A stretch of 64,000 bases of DNA from contig NC_082714.1 in the NCBI RefSeq assembly GCF_030144855.1, positions 56,110,001 to 56,174,000 of the forward strand, given 5' to 3'. The translations under genes were made by a program, and so were the position numbers. Shown here piece by piece: positions 25,048 through 37,979 of the stretch. Numbering within the stretch: position 1 is the first letter of the stretch; each line of letters opens with the position of its first letter. The notes below the pieces were generated by a model, which did not search any database, was not told the DNA's origin, and worked only from the letters and a program-made list of their open reading frames with translations. The DNA is from Hypanus sabinus. Lineage: Eukaryota.

Positions 25048-25598
25048 AAGGGATCTCTGTTTCATTGTATGTGGGAGTGCCCCCGGATAATTTGTTTCTG
25101 GAAGAAGGTGCTGGATTGGATTAGTCAGATTATTGGGAAATCCTAAATTATGTATTCTGAATATTTATCCAAATGACTTTGTAACCTCCAAAAATGTAAG
25201 GTCTCTGCTTAACATTTGTTTTTTGGAAGCTAAATGCTGCATAGCCTATTCATGGAAGAAACCATCAACCAGTGGACTCTCACAATGGTTGAAAGGAATG
25301 ACTTCTTAACTTGCTCCGGAAAAGATAAGCTACATTACAAAAAACAAACTTGACAAATTTTGAGAAATATGGAACATTTTTTTACAAGTTCCTGGAGAAT
25401 AATGTTCAAGATGATGAAAGTAATGAACCAAATTGACTGCTTTTTCTTCCACAGTGGGATGGTTGCATCTTTTTTTTGATATATATATTTTTTCTTTTGT
25501 TTTCCAATTTTTTTTCTTCAACTTTGTTATATTTTCAACTTATGAATGATATATATTGTTTTTTTATTCCGTAAAAACAATAAAGAGATGTTTGAAAA
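25048..25598 (+). mobile_element. 5'-truncated L1
   Basis: 13-bp TSD AAAAGTAAACTAA (25035-25047, 25599-25611); EAKCCIAYSWKK..PEKISY..IW C-terminal motif; AATAAA and A-tail. Confidence 0.8.
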
Positions 25599-25904
25599 AA
25601 AAGTAAACTAATTAAAATGTTGGCCTTTGTGTCCAGGGTGCACTCAACCCCTGTGGTTCCAGCAGTCTAGCAGGCACCATGTGCTCCCTCTCCAAGAACA
25701 CTCTGGCATGACCATAACCTCTGATTAGCAGCAGGCACTCAGCACACACAGATGGCCCATTGCTTAGGTCTGTGAATGATTACGTTTGTCCAGGACCTGT
25801 CTGAGTATTTGTCGGGGCTGCTTCTCAAGTTCTGGTTGTACTTCAACCTCACTCTCTTGATCTATGGGTACTCATTGCAGTAGATATTGAATCAGTTGAG
25901 AAAC

Positions 25905-28900
25905 CTCTTCTTTTTTCTTTTTTTTAATTTCAAGAAGACTTTATTCATGATAAAAATATATGCAAAGGAAGAAACAGTGCAAAACTCATTATATTTGTCA
26001 TTGTTAGATTCAGTGGTGTGAACTTCAGTGAACAAAACAAACAAACTCTCTTAAGTGTTACACCCTTTGACTGTTTATGGGGCTTCCCCCTCCCCAGTTG
26101 GACCCTCCATGAATGCAGCCTAGACTGTGATCCTTCCCCACAAAGCCTTAGTATTGGCTTCACAAGCTTCAGTCTGCCCCCTACACGTACAGCTGCAGCT
26201 TGGACTTTGCCAGTCTACAGTATTCCTTTACATATATCTCACAGTGTCGGACAACCAACAGGCTTCGTTTGGACCAAAGGGTGTCATTCACTGAGCTGAT
26301 GACCTCCCCGTGCAACTTGATGTTTGTCTCAGTGTGTGTCCCTGAAAAACAGCCCACAGATCAGAGTCCTCTGTGGTGCAGCTGCTGGAGATGTACTGGG
26401 TCATGGACCATTGAATCTTTCTTCACTCCTTCTTAACAAATCCACAGTCTGCAAAGAGCTGGGTGGCCGTTTGTCCCCCACCACAGCTGTCCCGAGGGCA
26501 GTGTATATTGGAGGCAATCTCATCTGCACAGGAAAGTTCTGACTGAGAGGACTCATCTCACCATCGGCCAAGCATAACCTTGTTGATTAGAGGTCAGATC
26601 CGGCAATGAGGTGTTCTGCCAAATGATTTGGACTGTTTGCTCAAGGAACAAAGTCATAGAGTCCATAATATCTCTGTCCCACAGTGTCTACATTACATTC
26701 CATCCTGACCACTGCCCGATGGACTTGTGGTCAAAGATGTTTACTCAGAAGAATTCTTCCACAAAACATAGGCAGTGTAGTAATGTCCAACTGACAGCGG
26801 CATTGTGCGGTACCTTCTGCAACACCAGAGGCAGGTAGAACTTCAGAACATAGTGATAGCTGGTGCCCAGGTACTTTTGCTCCACACACTGAACAATACA
26901 GCTGCACATAAAGGTGGTCATCGAATGAGAGCAATGTTGAGTACGCTCCCCCCCCCCCAATTCTCAGGGAACTTGTACGTCATGACCCATCAAATTTGCA
27001 CCATGTTGGACCCGTGATTATCAAAGCAGAAGAGCAGGGGGAAGCTATACCCATATCGAGTACAACAGCCTTGAGGGCAGATCACACTTGATGACCAAGC
27101 TCTTTCTAGTTATTGACAAAGAACACCATTGCCACGGACCCACTTTCAATCTTTTCCAGCGAATCTTGTTACGTGCCCCAGTCCCACCAAACTAGGTCCC
27201 CAGCACCTTCGGGTGGTCAGCCCTAATGGTGAAGGGCATGTTGGATTGGTCAGATCAGTTGCAGAAGGACATTGCTTTGCTCTTCCTGTGGTTTACTCTG
27301 GCCCCAGATGTCAACCCAAACTGGTCACAGGTAATGATCAACCTGCAAAATGACCATGGATCCAAGCAGAAGAAAGTGGCATTTTCCACGTACAGGGAGA
27401 TTTTGACGTGTGCCTCCACAGTGTAACCCTCTTATGCCTTCCCTATCATTGTGGGGGATTTCAACCAGTCCAGCTCGAAGAAATCACCAAACAACTACCA
27501 CCAACACATCATCTGTGGAACAAAAGGAGCCAACACACTTGACCACTTATACCACCATCAAGGACGCTTACCTTGCCATCCCACACCCACACTTTGGAAA
27601 GTCCGATCAACTGGCTGTACTACTACTCCCAGTGTATAGGCAGAGACTAAAGACCGCAGCACCAGTGGTGAGGACCAAGAAGTTACGGTCAAGGGAGACA
27701 GAGGACTGTTTATAGGACTGCTTTGAGTTGGTGGGCTGGACAATATTCAGGAATTAATCTTCGATTCTGAATAAATACACCACAGTTGTCACCGACTTCA
27801 TCAAGACCTATGTGGATGGAGTATAAGATTCATAGTCTGCTGAGGGCTAGATCTGTGGCATTCAAGACCAGTGAACCAGAACTATTCAAGAAATCTGGGT
27901 ACGACATATGGAAGGCTATTTTAAGAGCAAATAAAAAATTTCGGTTGAGGTTAAAGACGGAATTGGATGCACATCAGCTCTGGCTGAATTTGCGGGCCAT
28001 TAACTGCTACAAAGCAAAACCTAACATCATGAATGGTTGTGTTTCTTCACTCCCAGATGAACTCAATGCCTTTTATGCGTGGTTTGAAAGGGAGAATAAA
28101 ACTATCCCTGTGCAAATCCCTGCAGCGTCTGGTGACCCTATAATCTCTGGCTCAAAGGCCAGCATCAGAACATATTTCATGAGGGTGAACCCTCTCCAGG
28201 CCCTGATGGTGTTCATGGTAGGGCATTGAAAACTATGCCAACCAAATGGCAGGACTGTTCAAGGGCATCTTCAATCTCTCACTGCTGCTGTCAGGGGTTC
28301 TCACCTGCTTCAAAAGGTGACAGTCATACCAGAGCCCAAAAGCAGGGTGAGCTGCCTTAATGATTATCGTCCAATGGCACTCATGCCTACTGTGATGAAG
28401 GGCTTTGAGAGGTTGATCTTGGCTAGAATCAATTCCTGCCTAAGCAAGGACCTGGACCGGCTACAATTTGCGTATCAGCACAGTAGGTCCACAGCAGATG
28501 CAAACTTATTGGCTCTCCACTCAACCTTAGATCACTGCTCAATAATAATATCTAGGTCCGGCTGATGTTTATTGATTACAGCTCAGCATTCAACACAATA
28601 ATACCCTCAGTTCTAATCAACGTTACAAAACCTGGGCCTCTGTACCTCTCTCTGAAACTGGATCCTTGACTTCCTCATCGGGAGACCACAGTCTGTACTG
28701 ATCGGAAATAACATCTCCTCCTCACTGACAATCAATACTGGCACACCTCAAGGATGTGTGCTTAGCCTACTGGTCTTCTCTCTCTACACCCACAACTGTC
28801 TGGCTAGGCACAGTGCAAGTGGCATCTATAAATTTGCCGATGACACAACTATTGTTGGCAGAATTTCAGATGGTGATAAGGACAGGTACAGGAGTGAGAA

Positions 28901-30290
28901 AGATCAGCTGGTTGGGTGGTGTCACAACAACAGCCTTGCACTCAACATCCATAAGACCAGTGAATTGATTGTGGACTTCAGGAAGGGGAAGTCGAGGGAA
29001 CACACACCAGTTCTCAATGTGAGATCAGCATTGGAAAGGTTGAGCAGTTTCAAGTTCCTGGATATCAAAATCTCTGAAGATCTATACTGGGCTCAACATA
29101 TTGATGCAATTACAAATAAGGCATGACAGCAGCTATATCTCATTAAGAGTTTGATCAGACTTAGTATGTCACCAAGAACACATGCAAGTTTCTACAGATG
29201 TATCATGGAGAGCATTCTAACTGGTTGCATCACTGTCTGGTAAGGGAGGGGGCTGCTGCACAGGGTCGGAAAAGGCTGCAGGAAGTTGTAAATTCAGCCA
29301 ACTGAGTTACACGGGCACTAGCCTCCCCAGCATCCAGAACATCTTCAAAATACAATGCCTCAAAAAGGTAGTATGCATCAGTAAGGACCCCACCACCCAG
29401 GATTGGCCTCTTCCCATTGCGACCTTCAAAAGGTTGGGCAGGGCTTGAGGCCACACACTCAATGTGTCTTCAGCTTCTTTCCCTCTGCCATCGGATTTCT
29501 GAATGGACAATAAACCCATGAACACTCCGTCATTATTTCCCCCTCTCTTTATGCACTACTTATAGATATACAAATATTAATTTATACATAATTTATAGCT
29601 TTTTATTATGTTTTACAATGTACTGCTGTTGCAAAATAACAAATTTCACAACATATGCCAGTGATATGAAGCCCGATTCTGATATGTCTCCCACCCATTC
29701 ATTTGGAGTGATCTGGGGATATCAGTTTTGGACAGTTAGATCCAATTTCTGATTCCCCCCCCAAAACCCATTTTGGAGAGCAGTCCATCATGTATGTGCC
29801 CGATATCCTGTCAAAGGCCTTCTGCTGGTTCAAGCAGACCAGACAGGCATCCGCCCTCCAATCCTACATGTAGGTGATGGTATCCCTGAGTTGTGCAAGG
29901 CTGTCAAAGATTTGCCAGGTATAGCATATATTTGGTTGGGGTGGATCACTTGTACCAGAACAGACCTGACCCAGTGGGCGATGGCATTCCGGTCCTTCTG
30001 TAGAAGGTAGGAGGTGCGAAGGAGGCAGTGGTCAGAGAAGAGCATCATCATGATGTTGGGTGACCTGTCTGTGACTGCCTTTGACATGAAGAGTAAGTCT
30101 ATTCAGGTCCATACAGAGCTCTCCATTCTGTTCCGTGTGTTCTGGCTGTCTATAGTACAACCTCACATCTTTAACGGTTTCCATCAGGAGATGCTGTCCA
30201 TTCTCTTGTGGGTACTGTCTGATCAATGGTGCAGTTGAAGCCTCAGTCAGAATGACTGGCAGGGATGTTAACAGAAGCAGCAAAGCACAG
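25905..30290 (-). mobile_element. Tx1-type LINE ORF2 remnant, interrupted by Rex/Babar
   Basis: Minus-frame RT pieces VIHPNQIYAIPG, KAFDRISGTYMM, KMGFGGGIRNWI; T-rich tail with TTTATT near 25940. Confidence 0.65.
27430..29685 (+). mobile_element. Rex/Babar LINE (partial endonuclease + RT + 3' UTR), decayed
   Basis: [54 protein letters not shown]; GATTCT tail. Confidence 0.88.
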
Positions 30291-30320
30291 GCAAGGCAAA
30301 AAAATTAATAATTCGGAGTC

Positions 30321-30619
30321 TGTCATGAGCCCTGCAGACCTGAACACCTGTATTTGTTAATTGTTGTCTCATCTATTTGTGCTTTCTGTTTAATTCAAGT
30401 TTATTTTGGCTGCCATGGATTTTCAATGTACTGTACTTACTTAAAGCAGATTCCTATTTAGGATAGATCGCAGGGTCCTTCCATGTTTTGAGAATACTCA
30501 GTCAAGCCATCTATGTTCAGTTGGAATTCTGTTGAATAAACTCTTATTTCTGTCTCTACATGGGAGTCTGTCGTTCCTCCACACTTGGGTTCAGTCGTTA
30601 GTCAGTGCACACCGTGACA
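30321..30619 (+). mobile_element. Possible solo LTR
   Basis: TGTCATG...CGTGACA ends, TATTTA and AATAAA inside; no convincing TSD. Confidence 0.4.
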
Positions 30620-31534
30620 GAACTGATTGTGTGGTACTTTACATCTGCCACAAAGAACTGCCCTCCACCCTGCCCCCTCCCCAGCACTACCTCTTTTGAC
30701 TTCACTGACAGAGAAGTTACCTCCTCACAGTACGATCCCCAGGCCGAGTGCATAACTAAATCCCTTCCCCACGACCACCTTCGACAGTTGCAGAGGTGTG
30801 GCAGCCCACACTTCTGTAGAAAACGCACATTGGCCCTGAGCTTGGCCAGGTATTACAGTGTGTTAATACATTACACAGTGCTCTTCATACTGTGCACATT
30901 ATGTGATGGTGTGGGATTTTGACCACAAAGTTCTGAACTCAAATGAAGAATTTAAGGCCTATGTGATATAGATTGCTAAAGGTCTTCTCATTAACAGTAA
31001 GTTATATGTCATCATCAAACCTTCAATGATTAATTCACTTCTAAGTTTATCCTCCATGGTGAGTTTAGCTGCCAATACCCAGTATTTGAATGGTGAATCC
31101 CCCCCCCCCCATCCCTACCAAGGAGGAGATACTTCCAGCTAACAAAGGAGTTTAAACACAGTTCATTTGTTTTCAGTGATATATGTTTAAATCCAAAAAT
31201 CATTGTTAAAACACATTTAAAGCTCACATAGGATTTCCAAAATACAGGTCCAATTTCTTCAAGCTAAAACGACATACCTGTGAGTCACAGCTGAACCAGT
31301 CATCTATCGCAGAAATCAAAGGCAGGGATATGAATTGTAGTTCGCCCATGTTTCTGTAATTCTTCTTGATATTCTTGGACCATTCCTAAAAGGCTTGACT
31401 GCTTGCTTAACCTTCATACTGTATCTCTGCCACTTCGGTGACTTCACACACTTGTGGCATTTTTTTCAGATACCTTTTAACACAAGTGATCTAAAAGCTT
31501 CTGGGGGCAGAGACCCCAGGTACCCATGATCAAC

Positions 31535-31992
31535 AGAACAATACAACACAGTACAGGCCCTTCAGCCCACAATGTTTTGCCAACCCTCAAACCCTGCCTC
31601 CCATGTAACCCTCCACCTTAAATTCCTCCATATACCTGTCTAGTAGTTTCTTAAATTTCACTGGTGTATCTGCCTCCACCACTGACTCAGGCAGTGCATT
31701 CCACGCACCAACCATTCTCTGAGTAAAAAACCTTCCTCTAATATTCCCCTTGAACTTTCCACCCCTTACCTTAAAGCCATGTCCTCTTGTATTGAGCAGT
31801 GGTGCCCTGGGGAAGAGGCACTGGCTGTCCACTCTGTCTATTCCTCTTAATATCTTGTATACCTCTATCATGTCTCCTCTCATCTTCTCTCCAAAGAGTA
31901 AAGCCCTAGCTCCCTTAATCTCTGATCATAATGCATACTCTCTAAACCAGGCAGCATCCTGGTAAATCTCCTTTGTACCCTTTCCAATGCTG
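31535..31992 (-). mobile_element. CR1 3' end
   Basis: MRGDMIEVYKILRGIDRVDSQCLFP..FFTQRMVGAWNALP. Confidence 0.9.
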
Positions 31993-32814
31993 TGAAGCTG
32001 ACTCTTTGAAACACAACTATTTGATGTGGTAAGTGAAAGTATCATTCTGGTTTGCAAGCTTTCTTGAACTAAATAACTTAACCAGTTTGAAGCAAGCCAA
32101 ATTAAATAACCTGCTGTCTTATGCTGCACCACTTTAGCAGTTAGTCCAGATACTGTGGGGCCAGCAAGACTGTGACTCCATCGACAGTGCTCGTTTATAA
32201 AGCTGTCTTTTCAACTTCAAATTGATTATTGCTTATCATTTACATTAAGAACTGAAGACTGGCTCCTGTTTACAATAAGTTCAAATATTGGTTGCATTAT
32301 TTTGACCTTTACAAGTGTCAGCTGCTAGTATTTAGAAAGCGGAGCTTGACAAAAAAAGAAAAAGCCCCTTTTGTCCCTTTCAGTGACCATCCAGCACAGT
32401 TGGAGATCTTGGTTTTATTTCCATATTTCCTGAGCCTTCGTCTCCACAGCCTTTCACAGAACTGCCTTACTGTCTTTCTAGAATTAGTGTTTCTTTCTCA
32501 GGGATCAGCTACTGGGAATGGTCCTTCCCAGGCTGGTGGAGTCACTGAGGGGAGATTAGTCTCCATTACTTTTCTGCCCACTGGCTCTGGTTGTTCAGTA
32601 GCCTTCATCTCTCAGAGCTGTGGTGTGTCAGACACCTTGCAAATCCCGGTCTCCCGGAGCTGGCGGCTGACTGCTTCTGTGCTCCCTCCTCTTTGTCCTC
32701 TTCATTTTGTTGTTTCCTCTGCCCGAGTCCTCAGCTTCCCAAATCTGCTCCATCCTCTGATGAGTAGAGGTTGCTGGCATCTGTCTGTTGTAATTATTTA
32801 GATAAAGGACCCTG

Positions 32815-33305
32815 CATTAGACTGACATTCCCATTCCAAAATGTCAGTCCATGGCTTCCTCTACTGTTGTGATGAGGCCACACTCAGGTTAAATTCCGTC
32901 TGGGTAGCCTCCAATCTGAAGACACTAACATCAATTTCTCTAATTTCCGGTAATTGTTGCCCCTACCTCCTTCACCTTTCCCCATTCCCGATTCCCTCTC
33001 TCACCTTATCTCCTTACCTGCCCATCACCTCCCCCTTCCCTTTCTTCCATGGCATTCTGTCCTTTCCCATCAGATTCCCCCTTCTCCAGCCCTGTACCTC
33101 TTTCACCAATTTCCCAGCTCTTTACTTCACCCTTCCCCCTCTCCCGGTTTCACCTACCACCTTGTACATTTTCCTCCCCTCTCCTCACCTTCTTACTTTG
33201 ACTTCTCATCTTTCTTTCCTGTCCCGATGAAGGGCCTTGGGCTGAAATGTCTACAGTAGTCTTTTCCATAGATGCTGCCTGGCCTGCTGAGTTCCTCCAG
33301 CACAA
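32815..33305 (+). mobile_element. Penelope-like element 3' fragment with pseudo-LTR end
   Basis: MSVHGFLYCCDEATLRL GIY-YIG tail, pyrimidine-rich tract, GATGAAGGG..GAAA..GATGCTGCCTGGCCTGCTGAGTTCCTCCAGCA terminus. Confidence 0.7.
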
Positions 33306-33479
33306 GGAGGTCTCCTAGCCAACATTCCTCCTCACAGGGTCCACAAACATCGGCAATGTGAGGGGTTGTGACCAGGACCCAAGGAGCAGCCACTTACAAT
33401 ACTCTTCTGCTGATTTTTTCCCAGCCATTAATGTTTCACTCTAATGATGGTCTGTTGGCAAAGACGATCCTGCCCCTTA

Positions 33480-33709
33480 ACATGCCAATCACATATAACC
33501 CCGCCCTCTCACAATTGATCGTATGGACACGCCCCTTATCGGACCCGTCAATCACCTGGCCCCGCCCCTGTTGTTGATCAGGGTTTGCGACCCGCCCATT
33601 TACTGTCAATCATCTGGAGTTGCCCTTTACATTTAAGAGCGGGCAGCGTGTCCTGGAAGCGGAAATCTTCATTGTCTTCCCAGCAGGCCCCGAGTTCATA
33701 CGGATAGCG
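33480..33709 (+). promoter_or_regulatory. UBFD1 CpG promoter / 5' UTR
   Basis: Several GC boxes (CCCGCCC, CACGCCCC), CCAATCA/TCAATCA motifs and tandem GGAAGCGGAA ETS-like sites just upstream of the ATG. Confidence 0.75.
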
Positions 33710-33725
33710 ATGGCAGCCCGGGACG
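33710..33725 (+). CDS. UBFD1: UBFD1 coding exon 1 (MAARD-G)
   Basis: GCG ATG G start in a CpG island; donor G|GTAGGT; phase 1 matches exon 2. Confidence 0.8.
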
Positions 33726-36074
33726 GTAGGTTTTGGATACGGCCTGCTGCAGTGTTGGTGATTTCGGCGCAGTCACTGCAGGACACTGCCTCCTAACGGG
33801 CCCAGACAATGCAACACACAGGGGTCTTCATTGTAGAGCGGTGTTTGTCGTGGGCTACCGCGAAATTAAGCACCCGAGAGTCGGAGAACTAAGACACCAA
33901 TGCATAATTGGCGATGGGGGAGGGTGGACAGTGGTGACATGCAAAAGACTAGAGTGCAGGTGGGGAAGGGAAACTGGAAAGCGGGAAGGCTCTCTAATGG
34001 GGAAGCGAGGGTGAGGTCCCGGACAAGTGAAGAAGGGGCTAGGTGGGTTGTATCAGCTGCAAGGAGGTAGAGAATAGTGTCCAAGTCACCAGTGTTTACA
34101 AGGAGTAGTGGGGCTAGTGTGTAAGGGACCAGTATGTACAAGGATCAGAGGGATACCAGTGTCAAGGAACCAGTGTGTCCGGGCGCGGGGTGGGGGGGGG
34201 GGTGTCATTGTACAAGGGACTAGTATGTACATTCAGTGGATGTGGTAATCAGTGACTGGGAGAGGGTAGTATGCAACAGGGTGAGGGTGTCCATACTGGA
34301 AGCAGGAGTGTCCCAAGGAACCAGAATGCATGGGGTGTAAGTGATGGGAGCAGTGTGCAAGCGCTCTCTGCACAGGGCAATGAGGGTCAAGGGCCTACCA
34401 GTGGGGGGAGGGGTCAGTCAGTGTATAAGCTCTAGTACATTCCAAAGAGCAGTGGGCTGCCAATGTGCTAGGGAACAGTATGGGGTAGTGCAAGGAATAA
34501 CACCATCTATGTAGTGGTTGGGGCAGAATGCAAGGGGCTGAGACTGGGAGCAGAAAGAAGGGATGAGAGTGCAGAGGAAGCAGAATGTTGTAGAGGTAGA
34601 GGACAGCTGTAAGGAGCTAATACTTTGAGAAGGGAAGTGAATATATATTTTAAAAAGTGTATGGAAGGTTGTAATAATGAGTTAAGTTGAGGTGTATTCA
34701 TTGCATAAGGTCTAGTGTTTGGGAGTTCCATGTTTCTGTTTTTGACATGTGGCACAGGAAAAGTTCACTTGATTGATTCCAGTGCTGAAACATTGAGTCT
34801 GGAATATTTCTTTAAAGTTGTATTAGTAATGGTAGCCATGAAATAAGATGACTATATAAAATTTATTTCACCTAATTGTTTTAGGAAAGGAAATGTCCTG
34901 GGCATTTTGTGGCTTTTGAACCAAGTGAATGTAGTTGACTACTGCATAGTTCAGAGAAAAGTTACTGTCAGTACCTGTATGTTGCCACATACAACCCTGA
35001 GATTCATTTTCCTGCAGGCATACTAGGAAAAGCTATAGAATAGTAACTGACAGGATTAATGAGATTTACAGCAATGAGGAATTGATGAGGTGAACTCCAG
35101 TTGCTTTCCCTATGGCAGGATGAGCCCTTTTGGTTACTGCAGTTAGGTTGGATTGTTTGCACTCAATTGTAACAATTTGATATTTGCTAGATAAAAATTA
35201 CTTTGGAATTGATTGTTAAACAATAAGATGTTTTGAATGATTAGAATTTTTGGGGGGTGGAGGAGATTTGTATGATGAAGTGGAGTAGAAGAAGGGTTCC
35301 AACATACTAAGTGGAGAGAAGGGCTTGAGTATAGTTGGAGTAATTATCCACAGCTAAACTACTGGTAAACATCTAAAGTAACAACATTCTGCATTGTGCC
35401 TAGAACTTGCATTTTGTTATCATTTCTGTTAAGTCTGAAATTGGAGAAGAATTGTTTCACCCATCAGGAAATCGATGGAGACCAGTTGGAATTGTGACTG
35501 TACTGTAACTGGACTTGATATAAAACTGAAAAGGAAGTTGAATATGTTCTAGTTTCTTGTTTACCACTAAATTGTGGGGAAATCTCCAATATTGGTAAGA
35601 TTAGCTAGTTCAGATGCAAGTGAGTAAATTTAGAAGAGTATAGCACAGTTGACCCATTGGTCCATGAACATAAGGTGTTTCCCCAGAAATGGTGTGGCAA
35701 AAACTAAGTTCAGTCAGAGGAAATGAAGGTATGACAAATTTAGGGTTAATGAAGTACAATATTGATAGAAAACTACTGATTTACATGGGATGAGCGCCTT
35801 GCAAAGAACAGAATGATCAGATGTTTTGTTTAAAAACTCAAAAGACATATAAGGGGAGGTGGAAAAATAAATCATATGCACAAAGGAATTGAGGAAACTA
35901 ATTTTGTTTCTTGGAGCAGCATTTGAGGAAAGGGCCACTCAAAATGGTAAATATTGATGGTTAAGTAGAGATGGAAGAATTAATTTCAGGTTAAAAGGGC
36001 TGTGGGTCTTGATGTAAGCTGAATATTGACAAAAGCCTATACGAAATGGACAATACCATTGGCACGGAAAAGTT

Positions 36075-36400
36075 TTAGGGACAGTACAGCTGCTGCTTCA
36101 CGGCACAAGTGACCAAAGTTTAGTTTTGACCTTGAGCCCTGTTTATGGATTTTTGCACATTCTTATCTGTGACCACGTGAGTTTCCTCTGGATACTTTCT
36201 AGTTTTCCAAAGATGTGTGGGTTGGTAGATTAAATGGCTGTTGTTAAGTACCCTGAGGACATAAATAAGTGGTAGAATTTGAGGGAGATTTGATTGAAAT
36301 ACGGAAGATTAACCTTAAATGAAAGGTGCAGTAGTATAAATGGGTAGTTGATAGTTGGCATGGATTTGGTGTGCAAATGGGCCTGTTCTGTGCTGTGATC
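36075..36400 (+). mobile_element. V-SINE/HE1-like SINE, degenerate
   Basis: tRNA-like head, TTTGCACATTCT..GTTTCCTCTGG..CCAAAGATGTG central domain, CR1-like tail GGGCCTGTTCTGTGCTGT. Confidence 0.6.
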
Positions 36401-36879
36401 AATTCGATTTCCATTGTATTTGAATGTTTCCAGTTCAGATTTCTTTCCTGCAACAATAAATTAGTTTTTGGGACCATCTGAGTTTTTTTTTCCCCTCTTG
36501 CAATGTCATGTTTTGTATGATGATAAGCTCATGTTTTAAAAAGCCTTGCTGACTAATATTTCTGCAATCTCTAAGGGCACCCTTCAGCTGAACAAGAATA
36601 GAAGTAAGGTAACAGGAATATCATGTGCATGTTAAATTCAGTGATGTTTGGATTGGTAATCCAATTTCATAATTGTAGTCAATAGCCAGATGTAATGGAA
36701 TTGATTCAATCTTGTATGTTGCTGAAAATGCATTTAGTTTGCAACAAATCTGCTTACTAACTTGTGCTGTAATAATTGTGATTTTTGATACATTTGATAT
36801 AATAGAAACCTTGACCAGTATCTGCTGCAGAGAAGCTTTCTTGCATGAAATTAAGTTCTATACCTGCATCTCAATGGTT

Positions 36880-37345
36880 CAATTTAATATTGGAATGTAT
36901 AGAGCTGAAATCCTGATTCTTTGCTGACATCCACAAAGCAGGAAAAACACCAAAGAATGAATGACAGAAAAAGCATTGGAACCCCAAAGCCCCTCTTCTC
37001 CTTGCACAAGCAGCAGCATCCCTTCCTCTCTTCCCCCCCCCCCCACTCCAGCTAAAGCATCAGCCCCCCCACCACCCTCCATGTGAGCAATAACAAGCCC
37101 CATGCCCTCCCAAAGCTGTGATCTGGAGTCCATCAAAAACTACTGTGCATCCAAAAACTTCGATGTCTTAACAGCCCTCTCTCACTGATGCAGGAGAGGG
37201 GGATATTGTTCCTGCCACAGTGAGGGGAAAGCAACAACTCACTGTTCCGATGTTACAATCTGCAGCGTCGCTTATTCAGTTGCCCACGACTCGAGAATCA
37301 GCAGACTCTCTCACCATCGAGAAAGGGAAAACTGCTGAATCACTG
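36880..37345 (-). repeat. Unclassified interspersed repeat
   Basis: Homologous to 62735-63465 (CATCCACAAA..CCAAAGAATGAATGACAG..CCCAAAGCCC). Confidence 0.7.
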
Positions 37346-37691
37346 AATATTTGGGCCAATGTGTGTGGCTATACTGAAAGTGGTGTTTTAATGTATATTA
37401 AGGATTGAATGGCATTGCATCTTTATGCTTTGTTTAAAACTTCTCAGTTGGAATATCAAAATGAAGTTATTTTTCTCCAGCTTGGTCTTGGGGACTACAG
37501 CAATGTTAATTATGAGAGGATGTAAAGTGAAGGTATTAAATTGTTTCCTTGAAGTCTGCATCTAAAGTGTAGGTAAAAGGTTAGGGCACATTGATGTATA
37601 AATGTGTTGTAAGGTTTTCAGTAAGTTGGAAAATTTTACATGATTGAAAATTTACATTGTGGCATTTCTGGTTATCTTTATTCGATTGCAG

Positions 37692-37979
37692 GTGCAGAGA
37701 CCAGTGGAATGGAAACTGAGGCCAGCATAGATATAGGTATTCACCAAGAGAAAGCAGGCTGTGGAGCTACCAGCGAAGGAGATTCACCGTGCTTAGTAAC
37801 TGAACAAATGGAGAATGAGGATTCCCTTCCTCAAACCTCTGTTAGCAATGGAGGAGAATCAGATACCAGCAAGGAAATGGTAGATCTAAAGATTATTTGG
37901 AATAAAAACAAATATGATGTCAGGATGCCATTGGATAGTACAGGAGCAGGCCTGAAAGAAAAGATTCACTCCCTCACAG
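37692..37979 (+). CDS. UBFD1: UBFD1 coding exon 2
   Basis: TTGCAG acceptor; EMVDLKIIWNKNKYDVRMPLDSTGAGLKEKIHSLTG (start of ubiquitin-like domain); donor GTATGT. Confidence 0.93.

Noticed and set aside
32292-32801. 169-aa ORF upstream of UBFD1
   Set aside because: Non-ATG start, no recognisable domain or splice structure
37640-37691. ATG at 37640 as the UBFD1 start
   Set aside because: It lies in the intron before a good acceptor; the CpG-island exon at 33710 supplies a phase-compatible start
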